Shown here: positions 50,791 through 59,630 of the stretch, piece after piece
Numbering within the stretch: the first letter of the stretch is position 1
Layout of the letters: every line of letters begins with the position of its first letter
Source: an uncultured Ignavibacteriales bacterium
Lineage (GTDB): Bacteria > Zixibacteria > MSB-5A5 > GN15 > JAAZOE01
Direction of reading: 5' to 3'
Length of the DNA stretch: 64,000 nucleotides
Assembly (NCBI GenBank): GCA_964611355.1
Contig: CAZSYD010000011.1
Coordinates: forward strand, 1 to 64,000
The notes under the pieces: generated by a model
Seen by the model: the letters and a program-made list of their open reading frames with translations, nothing else
What the model was told of the DNA's origin: nothing
Database searches by the model: none
Program-made: the position numbers and the translations under genes

Positions 50791-53700
50791 TCAAAATTGT
50801 AATCCCAAACCGAGAATAATCTGACGACCACGGCCCCAGCGACCCGGGTTGGCCTGGCGTTCGGTACCGCCGCCGACGATGCCCGACTGATTGTTGTCGG
50901 TGTCCGGAAGACCCGTGGTGGAGTAAACTGACAGAACATTCTTATTATCAAAGAGATTCTTGACCCAGGCCTTGAAAGTCCAATCCATTCCCGAAATGCG
51001 GAATCGCTTATGTAACTTAACATCAGTAAAGGCGGTTGACGGGAGCCGCATCGAGTTTTTCATCGGCTTCTCGCCGACATCAAGCGTTATACCGGGAAAA
51101 CTCTTGTCGGGAGTGAAAGGGAAACCGGTCTGAAAACGCCAGTAAATCGACATATCCCAATCATTCGGTATGGAAATACCAAACACCCTGGGATGATCCC
51201 GATCGGTAAAATAAAATTGCAACCAGAGCGAGACGCGATGGCGGATATCCCAATCAAGCGGGTTTTCATCGATGGAAATCTCATCCTGCGCCAGCAAACG
51301 CTCATAGTTTTCCGAATCGGAGGAGGATTTACCGTATGCAAACAAATACTCATAACTAAGGGTACCGTTGACAAACCGCGACGCCTTTCGCTCCAGTTCC
51401 ATCTCGACGCCACGGACACGAGCGTAGTCGGTGTTATCATAGTACGAAAAAGCGCTTGCCCCCTGACCATATACCGAAGTCGCGATAATATCAAAGTAAT
51501 CCTTGTAAAAACCGGATAGCTTCATTGAATATTCATCAGTGAAAGCGAAGTTGACGCCGAAAGTATAGTTAACCGTCTTGGTGTAATCAAGGTTGGGATT
51601 GCCGACCAGATTAACTGACCCGCTGCCGAACGGGTTGGCATTTCGGTACATCTTGGCATAACTGGGCAACTCATAGAAATGGCCGTAGTTGAATCGGATC
51701 ATGGCCCTTTCCGAGATCGGGTAGTTGATTGACACCCGCGGTGAAAGCTTGTCTCGGATATCCGTTAATTTGCTACCGGTGATATCCTGGACGGTGGAAA
51801 CACCTTTCAGGTCGGACTGAAGGAAAATGTCGGCGCGCAACCCCAGCGAGGCCACCAGCGAACCATACTCAATCTTGTCGCGCAAGTACACGACCAGAAC
51901 CTTGGGCTCACGCTTGTAGAAATCCCGAATCGTCCCGCGTCCAAAGTACGGATTAGCATTGTAAGGGAGACTGTCGGGTTCGTTGCTGTACTGCTGCAAA
52001 CGCTGAATGGCCATCACGCTGATATCCTCCCGCCGGAATTCAAGACCGGCTTTTATCTCTTGCGCGCGACCAATGGCTTTCTTAAAGTTGCCCTTTAATG
52101 TATATTTATCGACCTTCTCCTCCGTCCAAACATTGGTATATCCACCCTGCTCGAAACCGTACAGGAGAAAAGCGGTGCCGTTATCCCCTCCCTGGTCATG
52201 ACGGCCGTTCTTGTTTATGTCGACAAACGGTTCGCCGGGATCATATCTGTTATTCGGCGCATCATAAACGCCGTTGCCGTTGTAATCGATGTAGGGAATG
52301 CCGGGTTCCCAATAATTCCGGCCGGGCGAAGTGTATTTGTTGTCCCGATTGAAGTCCTGATTGGGAGGAGTATTCAGCGCCGTCACAAAACGATCAACAC
52401 CGGGATCATATATACCATTACCATTGATGTCCGTAAACGGCTCGCCCAGCGAGGAGTCGCCGTCAATATACGGCTCCTCACGGGAGGTGACAAACGGAGT
52501 AGTGACATCCTGATATTCACTATCGAAGGTATTGTTGCCGTTAACGTCTCTGGTCAGGCGATCCCCTATGTCCCAGATGCCGTTACCGTTAAGATCGGCA
52601 AAAGGCTCACCTTCGAATTGGTCCATTATCCCGTTATTGTTCAGGTCGAAAAACGGATACCAGTAACCTCCTATCTGGGCGTCTTCCGAAATCCAGACGT
52701 CGCCTCCGTTACGAAAAGGAACATATATACTCCCCCAACTGACCGAATCGGGGAAAATATGCAAATGCGGTTCAGCTTCGTCAAACTGGTTATTGCCATT
52801 GAGATCATCATAGGTTTCGTATTCATCAATAAACAGGAACTGGTCCGGGTTGAGGCCTTCTCCGGGATGTTCCGGATCACCCGGTTTCTGCGTATAGCGG
52901 GAACCCCAATACGAAAAGTTGACTTCATAGTCGGTTGATTTGGAAAGAACCTGCTTAAGCTGCAGCGAAACGGTATTAGTACTGTAATCATAAATCGGCG
53001 CCGTAGCCGGTGTATAGCGATAAACCCACCAAAAGTCGGTTTCATGCCGCCAACTGCCCTTGTACAGAGCTTTGGCTTTTATGTTGCTTGTGGGGGTAAA
53101 AGCCAGCGTGAAATCGAGGTTATAAAGGTTGTTCTGCCGATCCGGAATATGGATGCCCAGAATATCCATTCCCGAATACGTCTTCCGCGTGGCCGGTGTG
53201 TTATACCGCGAATACGGATTGCCGGTATCCTGCTTCACCGCCCGGCTGTACAGGTAGAAAGTGAAATCCTTACCTTCGAAATAATTGATCCCCACGGCCG
53301 GAAGAATACGACTTGTCAGGACCGGATCAGGTCCGCTGATGCTGAATTCAAGTTGATCATAATTTTCCGAATACTTATTAAGGTTTTCAGCTCCAAAATC
53401 GTCCGTATAATACTCTAGCCGAGATCTGGTTTTTGCGGGTGAGCCTTCCGGAGAAGTAATCTTAACAACACCGGAAAGCGCCTCTCCGTACTCGGGATCA
53501 AAACCATCTTTGATAACCTGCAACTCAAGAACCGCCGAGGAAGAGATGTTAATACCGGCATCGACCGGGGCGCGTCCCCCGAGAGGATCCGAATAGTTCA
53601 CGCCGTCAACCAGGTATGTCGTTTCGCCGCGACGGCCGCCGCGGATATGTAATTCACCCTCAGCATCCGTGGTTATACCGGTCTCGCGCGCAAGGAGATC

Positions 53701-54165
53701 ACCCACGCTGGCCACCGGGGCGATCTGGATTTCTTTTTGCGTCTTAATCGATACCGTACCGGTCACATTAACGTCGATTCCCTTGCGGGTACCTGTAACG
53801 ACAGTCACCTTGCCGGTTTCAATCACGGTCTGCTTCATTTGGATATTAATCTCCGAAGTCTGGTCAGTATTGACCTCGACGTCTTCCACCAGAACCGATT
53901 CATATGACAGCAATGTCACCTTGAGATTGCAAGTACCGGGTTGAACTGACAGGATGATGTAGTTTCCATCGATGTCAGTCTTGGCCCCGATATTGGTCCC
54001 CTCAATCTGAACCGATACGCCAAACTTCGGTTCGCCGGTATTCTTGTCAGTGATGGTTCCTTTTATCCGCCCGACCTCGGCGGAAAACACCGAGCCGGCC
54101 GTCAGCAACAGCGTTACCGTCAAAACAAGGGCAAAAAACGCCGTCTTTGGAACTCGGCTAAACAT
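50791..54165 (-). CDS. TonB-dependent receptor with N-terminal carboxypeptidase-regulatory-like domain and Ca-binding-repeat insert
   Basis: GRIKGTITDKNTGEP, plug HIRGGR..ETTYLVDG and GFDPEYG.ALSGVV, GNPNL, KNLFD, C-terminal GRQIILGLGLQF; ATG at 54165 follows GAGGAGG. Confidence 0.92.
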   Translation of the reverse strand: MFSRVPKTAFFALVLTVTLLLTAGSVFSAEVGRIKGTITDKNTGEPKFGVSVQIEGTNIGAKTDIDGNYIILSVQPGTCNLKVTLLSYESVLVEDVEVNTDQTSEINIQMKQTVIETGKVTVVTGTRKGIDVNVTGTVSIKTQKEIQIAPVASVGDLLARETGITTDAEGELHIRGGRRGETTYLVDGVNYSDPLGGRAPVDAGINISSSAVLELQVIKDGFDPEYGEALSGVVKITSPEGSPAKTRSRLEYYTDDFGAENLNKYSENYDQLEFSISGPDPVLTSRILPAVGINYFEGKDFTFYLYSRAVKQDTGNPYSRYNTPATRKTYSGMDILGIHIPDRQNNLYNLDFTLAFTPTSNIKAKALYKGSWRHETDFWWVYRYTPATAPIYDYSTNTVSLQLKQVLSKSTDYEVNFSYWGSRYTQKPGDPEHPGEGLNPDQFLFIDEYETYDDLNGNNQFDEAEPHLHIFPDSVSWGSIYVPFRNGGDVWISEDAQIGGYWYPFFDLNNNGIMDQFEGEPFADLNGNGIWDIGDRLTRDVNGNNTFDSEYQDVTTPFVTSREEPYIDGDSSLGEPFTDINGNGIYDPGVDRFVTALNTPPNQDFNRDNKYTSPGRNYWEPGIPYIDYNGNGVYDAPNNRYDPGEPFVDINKNGRHDQGGDNGTAFLLYGFEQGGYTNVWTEEKVDKYTLKGNFKKAIGRAQEIKAGLEFRREDISVMAIQRLQQYSNEPDSLPYNANPYFGRGTIRDFYKREPKVLVVYLRDKIEYGSLVASLGLRADIFLQSDLKGVSTVQDITGSKLTDIRDKLSPRVSINYPISERAMIRFNYGHFYELPSYAKMYRNANPFGSGSVNLVGNPNLDYTKTVNYTFGVNFAFTDEYSMKLSGFYKDYFDIIATSVYGQGASAFSYYDNTDYARVRGVEMELERKASRFVNGTLSYEYLFAYGKSSSDSENYERLLAQDEISIDENPLDWDIRHRVSLWLQFYFTDRDHPRVFGISIPNDWDMSIYWRFQTGFPFTPDKSFPGITLDVGEKPMKNSMRLPSTAFTDVKLHKRFRISGMDWTFKAWVKNLFDNKNVLSVYSTTGLPDTDNNQSGIVGGGTERQANPGRWGRGRQIILGLGLQF

Positions 54166-54344
54166 AACCTTACCCTCCTCGCTGGGACAGCTATATCTAT
54201 TTACTTTGGTGTGAGGGATATCAACCCGTCGAAAAAAAATTCTATTCAACAAACCCCGGCAACCAAACCTTTCTAAACCTTAAAACAGCCGCTAACCTGT
54301 CCACCCTGTCCCGTACGGTCTATCGAAGGCCGCTTAGACCTAAG

Positions 54345-54374
54345 ATAATACGATATTTCGCTGCCTGCCGTCAA
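54345..54374 (-). promoter_or_regulatory. Putative sigma-70 promoter of the TBDR operon
   Basis: Minus strand TTGACG-N18-TATTAT. Confidence 0.4.
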
Positions 54375-54446
54375 GTGGTTTTTTGCCCTTTTCGCCACCT
54401 CGCACATCATTAAGACTAACATGGCAACATGATTGTTCAACTAATT

Positions 54447-55223
54447 TTAGGCCAAAGACAAATTTTTAAAATGGATTTCCCGCCGCCTGATAACCGTCAA
54501 TTCCGAATTTGAGAACCGTTCCGGCGATAATTGAATCTCCAGGGTCTTTTCAAACGCCCTGACCAATACCTCTGACAGCTCTTCCCGACTCCCGGGCAAA
54601 ATGGGAATCACGGCCTTTTTTGTTTTCCAAGGCTCCTGTAAAATGGCCGGATGGCTGCAAGGAGCGGCTATTTTAATTGCGCCGTGCTGCAAAAGAGCCC
54701 TGCGGCCGCGACGCTGCGACCCGGCGGCCACTTTCTGCCCTCCGACAATAATTTCGTACCGCGATACCGCCGCAAAACACCCCTTCTGAAGCGCCTGTGA
54801 CCCGGACAATCTTACCGGGTTATCTCCTCTCGAAAATGATGCTTTCCACCCAATCATTTCATAAAACATGACTATCGCCTGTGATATTATGCGATAGCTG
54901 TCGCTAAGACTTTTCCCCAGAACGGGATAGCGAATAAAATTGCCGGCCACCGCATAGGTCAGTTCGTCATCGTCATGTAGTAGCGCCCGCCCGCCGGTAA
55001 CCCGCCGTATAACCGGCATACCGCCGAGTTTGCCCGTATCAACCGCCCGATCAAATTCCTGGTGATAACCGATAGTAATCGCCGGCTCGCTCCATCCGTA
55101 AATCCGCAATATCGGAACCGATTCCCCCGACTCCGCGATATCCGGCAGACAGGCATCCGCCGCCATATTGAACGACGGCGACCTCTTTTCATACGGTATC
55201 AACCGACAGGTCTCCACCAACAA
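54447..55223 (-). CDS. Lipoate-protein ligase A / LipM-like octanoyltransferase
   Basis: NMAAD, LRIYGW, RRVTGGRALLHD, KVAAGSQRR, LQHGAI. Confidence 0.88.
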   Translation of the reverse strand: MLVETCRLIPYEKRSPSFNMAADACLPDIAESGESVPILRIYGWSEPAITIGYHQEFDRAVDTGKLGGMPVIRRVTGGRALLHDDDELTYAVAGNFIRYPVLGKSLSDSYRIISQAIVMFYEMIGWKASFSRGDNPVRLSGSQALQKGCFAAVSRYEIIVGGQKVAAGSQRRGRRALLQHGAIKIAAPCSHPAILQEPWKTKKAVIPILPGSREELSEVLVRAFEKTLEIQLSPERFSNSELTVIRRREIHFKNLSLA

Positions 55224-55263
55224 ATTATAAAGGATTTATTGAAGGAAGTAAATCCGGAGCGGT

Positions 55264-55292
55264 AAAAATAAAACGCCGCCGTCAGGGCGGCG
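55264..55292 (-). terminator. Rho-independent terminator after the sigma-54 activator
   Basis: CGCCGCC-gtcag-GGCGGCG stem followed on the minus strand by TTTTATTTTT. Confidence 0.75.
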
Positions 55293-55324
55293 CGATGGAT
55301 ACGGATTATTATCCGGACACGCGA

Positions 55325-58261
55325 TTAGTTTATACTATTAAGCCGTTTGGGATTAATGCCATACTGCTTCAGCTTCAGACGCAACGTGGATTCCGGGATA
55401 TTCAGGGAGTCGGCGGCCCTCTTTTTTACACCTCCCTGTTCCTTCAAGGCCTTGATAATAAACCGTTTCTCGTATTCCGCCAGGTAATTGTAAAGCGAAA
55501 ATCCGTCCCTGGTATAGAAAGCCATCTCATCCGGACCATCTTCGATATTGGCTTTCCCTTCCCCAAGAATCCTCGATGACAAAAGCGAGGGGTTTATAGT
55601 TCCCTCGTTATTAGCCAGAAGAACCAGCTTCTTGATTTCATTTTCCAATTCCCGGACGTTCCCCGGCCAATCCCAATCAATCAAATATTTCAAAGTATCG
55701 GGCGAAATTCGGCATTTGCTGCCCGACAGGAAATGATCTACAAGAAGCGGTATATCCTCTTTGCGATCTTTCAGTGATGGAATCGTGAAATTAAGAGCGC
55801 ACAAGCGGTAATAAAGATCGCTGCGAAATCGTTTCTCTTCCATTTCCACTTTGAGGATTTTATTGGTTGCGGAAATGACTCGAACATCAACCTTGCGTGG
55901 CCTGGTATCGCCCAGCCGGGTTATTTCCTGATTCTCCAAGACCCGTAACAACTTAGCCTGAATGGACTGCGGCATATCGGCGATTTCATCCAGGAAGAAT
56001 GTTCCCCCGTCGGCTTCTTCGAACAGACCCGGTTTATCCCGGTCGGCTCCGGTGAATGCACCCCTCTTATATCCGAAAAGTTCCGATTCCAGAAGCGATT
56101 CTGGAAGAGCCGCGCAATTGACCGATATGAAACGCTTGCCGCGACGGTTTGAATTATAATGAATCGCCTTGGCCAGAAGGTCCTTGCCGGTGCCTGTTTC
56201 CCCGCTGATCGAGATCGGCATGTTGGAATCAGCCACCTGCCTGACCCTCGACAACATTTCCATGAATGGTCGCGATTGAGTAATAATATTCGGAAAAACG
56301 CATCGTTCCATAAGTTGGGCTTTAAGACGATAATTATCTTCGAGCAGTTTCTCTTTCTGATATTCGGAAGTTTTGAACGCTACCAGATCAGCAAAACCGA
56401 CCGCAAAATCAATTTCTCTTTGCGAGAAAGGATTAAATCCGCTGCCATTATCGTTTGCCATTCGGTCAAGATAAATGTAACCGACAACATTGCGTCCAAG
56501 AATAAGAGGCAAAATCAGCAGGCTGGCGGCCTGGCTCGAGCCGGTCGACAGCAGGTCGACGAAATCGGCGTCATTAGTACAGTCAAGCGCCAGGGTAGGA
56601 ACATCCGATGCCACCCGGTCTTTTAAAAGTCCATCGAACCTTTTCATTACGTCGTCGAAGTCCTTTTCATCCAATGCGTGGGCAGCCGATATTTCCGACC
56701 TTTGACCCTGCACCGTATTGACGATAAAACCCCTGTCTGCCGCTGTTCTTTTGATCAGGACTTCAAACAAAACCTCAAGCGGTCCGTTCTTCAAATTTTT
56801 GTAGTCGGAACCGGATATGATTTTTCCAAATATCTTGAATTCATTATCCCGGGACAGGGCTTTATTAATGGCGCTTTCCGACAAAGCCCGCAGAAACTCG
56901 TTGGCTTTATTGACCCCCGCCGGGTCACCGACGGATCGGAAACCGTTGACTGCCTTTTTAAGATATTCCAGAGCTTCACCGTTCCTGCCGGCGCGATGCC
57001 ATAGACGGCCCATTTCAAATTGACATCCGGCCACGTAAAAAGCACTGCCTAACCGCTCAAACAGTTTCTCGCCTTCCCGCAGCAAAGAGACGGCTTCCCG
57101 ATTATCGTAACTCGAGTCGGCCAGCGCAATCTGACCGTAAGCGATAATCGAACGTCCCAGTTCGTAATTGTCTCCTGTCTGACGAAGGATTTCAATACCC
57201 TGCAGGCTGTACCGGCGGGCATCCGCGATCTCATCACGGGCCAGAAATCCCCGCGCTATTACCCGATGGGCAAGCCCAATCTCAGCCTTCTCGCCGATCT
57301 TTTGCGCCAGATCGAGCGATACCTGGGCCAGACGCATAGCATTGTCGTTATGGTTAAGTTCGAGTTCGACCTCGGCCAGCCGCCGCATAGATTGACTAAG
57401 GAGAGCCGATTCCGGGGCCATACTTTTTCCGATTTCAATGGCCTGTTCGAGGAACTTTCTAGCGGTGACATAATCCTGTTTTTCGAAAGCCAGTTCGCCC
57501 TGATATTCCAGGCAGATAGCCAGTTCCCGCTTAAGATGGTTTTTATCTATAACCTCTCTTGCCGAGTTAAGCTCGGATTCAGCCATATGGAATTGCCGGC
57601 GACGAAGATACAGGTAACCAAGCGACAGATGATCGGCAGCCAGTAAATGCGGCAGATTTTGTGCACGGCTTATATTAAATGAAAGACGAAGATTTTCCTC
57701 GGCTTTATCCATTTCTCCGGTCAGCAGGTAGATTCGCCCGAGATTCCCCAATAACTGCACCTTTTTGACCGGGTCGCAGGCGGCATACGGAATAGCATCG
57801 CTGACGTATTCGGCCGCCCTCACATATTCGGATTGTATATAACAGATTCGGCCCAGCGCGTTATAGGCGTCAACAATACCGAAATCATCCTTAGCTCTGC
57901 GGAAAGACGCCAGCGCATCGCCGGCTGCGACCTGAGCCGGTTTTAGTTCCCCACAAGCAACATGCGCCTTATAGAGCAAAAGCTGCAGGTGGCCGATCCG
58001 GCTATTAAGGTTTGTCGAGGCCAGAATGTCGAATGCCTGACGGCATAAGGTAATGGCCAATTTATACTCATTTTGAAAAACAGCCTTCCTGGCATGAAGA
58101 AGGGAATATAGCCCCTTATTAACCCCTCCAGGGTTATATCCTTCCTTTTCCAACCCCTTCAGGGCCGATACGGCTCGCTCCGGATCCCTCTGGTGAAAGT
58201 ATTCCTCTATTTTAAGCAGCCGGGCATCCAGCCCTTTCGATTTTCGTGAGGTTCGGTTCAT
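55325..58261 (-). CDS. Sigma-54-dependent enhancer-binding protein with TPR array, GAF-like domain, AAA+ and Fis-type HTH
   Basis: About 450 aa of TPR helices ([31 protein letters not shown]), GAF-like [60 protein letters not shown]. Confidence 0.95.
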   Translation of the reverse strand: MNRTSRKSKGLDARLLKIEEYFHQRDPERAVSALKGLEKEGYNPGGVNKGLYSLLHARKAVFQNEYKLAITLCRQAFDILASTNLNSRIGHLQLLLYKAHVACGELKPAQVAAGDALASFRRAKDDFGIVDAYNALGRICYIQSEYVRAAEYVSDAIPYAACDPVKKVQLLGNLGRIYLLTGEMDKAEENLRLSFNISRAQNLPHLLAADHLSLGYLYLRRRQFHMAESELNSAREVIDKNHLKRELAICLEYQGELAFEKQDYVTARKFLEQAIEIGKSMAPESALLSQSMRRLAEVELELNHNDNAMRLAQVSLDLAQKIGEKAEIGLAHRVIARGFLARDEIADARRYSLQGIEILRQTGDNYELGRSIIAYGQIALADSSYDNREAVSLLREGEKLFERLGSAFYVAGCQFEMGRLWHRAGRNGEALEYLKKAVNGFRSVGDPAGVNKANEFLRALSESAINKALSRDNEFKIFGKIISGSDYKNLKNGPLEVLFEVLIKRTAADRGFIVNTVQGQRSEISAAHALDEKDFDDVMKRFDGLLKDRVASDVPTLALDCTNDADFVDLLSTGSSQAASLLILPLILGRNVVGYIYLDRMANDNGSGFNPFSQREIDFAVGFADLVAFKTSEYQKEKLLEDNYRLKAQLMERCVFPNIITQSRPFMEMLSRVRQVADSNMPISISGETGTGKDLLAKAIHYNSNRRGKRFISVNCAALPESLLESELFGYKRGAFTGADRDKPGLFEEADGGTFFLDEIADMPQSIQAKLLRVLENQEITRLGDTRPRKVDVRVISATNKILKVEMEEKRFRSDLYYRLCALNFTIPSLKDRKEDIPLLVDHFLSGSKCRISPDTLKYLIDWDWPGNVRELENEIKKLVLLANNEGTINPSLLSSRILGEGKANIEDGPDEMAFYTRDGFSLYNYLAEYEKRFIIKALKEQGGVKKRAADSLNIPESTLRLKLKQYGINPKRLNSIN

Positions 58262-58330
58262 AACCCTTCCGTCTTGAAGTTAGTTACTCTCCGGTAAAAT
58301 ATCCGTATAGCTGTTTCGGTCTTGACCGAA

Positions 58331-58648
58331 TTACTCCCTCGAAAAAACGGATTCCACGGGATCGGACACCGGATTTACCTGGTTCGCATTATAGTCGATG
58401 GCGTCATAAAGCAGATTCCACCAGAATAGTGATGACCCGAAGGTCGTAGTTCCAGAACCCAACCCATCCTCGCCACCGTCATAGTCACCGTTGTTATTAT
58501 TACCAATCGGCGAACCGATAGTATCGAAATCATCCCAGACAGGATCTTCGGCCCACGGATGTTCGGCCGCGGTTATGGGAGTAAGGAAAAAACCAACCCC
58601 GATAATGATGGCAAGGATTAGAAACCCGAGTAGTTTCGATACCCTCAT
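58331..58648 (-). CDS. Small secreted acidic peptide/protein precursor (105 aa)
   Basis: GAGGAGG RBS; Sec signal MRVSKLLGFLILAIIIGVGFFLTPITAA followed by EHPWAEDPVWDDFD and a Gly/Asp/Asn-rich tail. Confidence 0.8.
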   Translation of the reverse strand: MRVSKLLGFLILAIIIGVGFFLTPITAAEHPWAEDPVWDDFDTIGSPIGNNNNGDYDGGEDGLGSGTTTFGSSLFWWNLLYDAIDYNANQVNPVSDPVESVFSRE

Positions 58649-58747
58649 GGTATCAACCTCCTCTTAGGTTCAAAGCAAAATGCTTCCAAATAAGGATACC
58701 GATATACAAATCGATCTGCCTTCTTATCGCAGCTTTTGCTTTACTAT

Positions 58748-58776
58748 AACTTACACAATGACAATAAAATTGTCAA
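58748..58776 (-). promoter_or_regulatory. Putative sigma-70 promoter of the peptide gene with overlapping palindrome
   Basis: Minus strand TTGACA-N17-TAAGTT; inverted repeat TGACAAT-aaa-ATTGTCA at 58759-58775. Confidence 0.6.
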
Positions 58777-58939
58777 GCTTTTTTTGATATTTCGCATTAT
58801 CTGCGACAGAAAAACCGCATTCATAAGGGAAAAATCGTGATTCGCATTCCAAAACGCCGTATATGATACCTTTGCACCGATATTCACTTGATTTTCGACA
58901 AAAAAGCGTTTATGTTGCCATATCCGGAGTGTGATCCCA

Positions 58940-59599
58940 ATGCCGATATCCTCGTTAGTTGCCAAAAAAATAGTTTTTTTCGGAAAGCGTCTCTACGCCC
59001 GGGGATTGATTGCCGGAGGGGACGGCAATATCTCGGCAAGAATTGGTTCGGACCGAATCATGATTACACCGTCAGGTGTTTGCAAGGGGTTTTTATCGCC
59101 CGACGATCTGGTAATAATCGACGGGCAAGGCCGTCATTTGAGCGGCAGGAATAAGGCTTCCTCGGAATCTGCGATGCACTTACATATATATCAAAAACGC
59201 AGCGATATCGCCGTTTGTGTTCATGCTCATCCGCCATATGCGACCGCCTTCGCCGTGGCCGGAATACCGCTTTCCGAAAAAGTCCTGCCTGAGGTTGTTA
59301 TATTTGTCGGCGATATCCCGCTTACCGATTATGCACCCCCGGGAACCGAGCTCGTTGCCCGCTCACTGGACAAGTATATCGCCGACCACAATGCTTTTCT
59401 CCTTAAGAATCACGGCCTGGTAACGGTCGGGCGGACATTTGAAGAAGCTTACAACCGTATGGAAACCATCGAGCATTTCGCCCGGATATTGCTTCTTGCC
59501 CGGCAACTGGGAAATGTAGACTATTTGGACGGCGAGGAAATAGCACGACTCGAAAAAATAAGACAGCAGATACCCCGCAACACGGACAAAATGGGTTAA
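58940..59599 (+). CDS. Class II aldolase/adducin family protein (FucA/MtnB-like)
   Basis: GNISAR, ITPSG, SSESAMH, HAHPPY, LKNHG. Confidence 0.9.
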   Translation: MPISSLVAKKIVFFGKRLYARGLIAGGDGNISARIGSDRIMITPSGVCKGFLSPDDLVIIDGQGRHLSGRNKASSESAMHLHIYQKRSDIAVCVHAHPPYATAFAVAGIPLSEKVLPEVVIFVGDIPLTDYAPPGTELVARSLDKYIADHNAFLLKNHGLVTVGRTFEEAYNRMETIEHFARILLLARQLGNVDYLDGEEIARLEKIRQQIPRNTDKMG

Positions 59600-59630
59600 G
59601 GCTGATGAGACAGCCGCCCGGGAATCGATT

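Noticed and set aside
52190..52815. Repetitive DNA that might suggest a CRISPR array or tandem repeat
   Set aside because: The repeats are degenerate at nucleotide level and in frame within the TBDR; they are protein repeats.
54422..54436. TGGCAACATGATTGT, a sigma-54-like sequence on the plus strand
   Set aside because: The -12 element is GT rather than GC, and it points antisense into the lipoate ligase gene.
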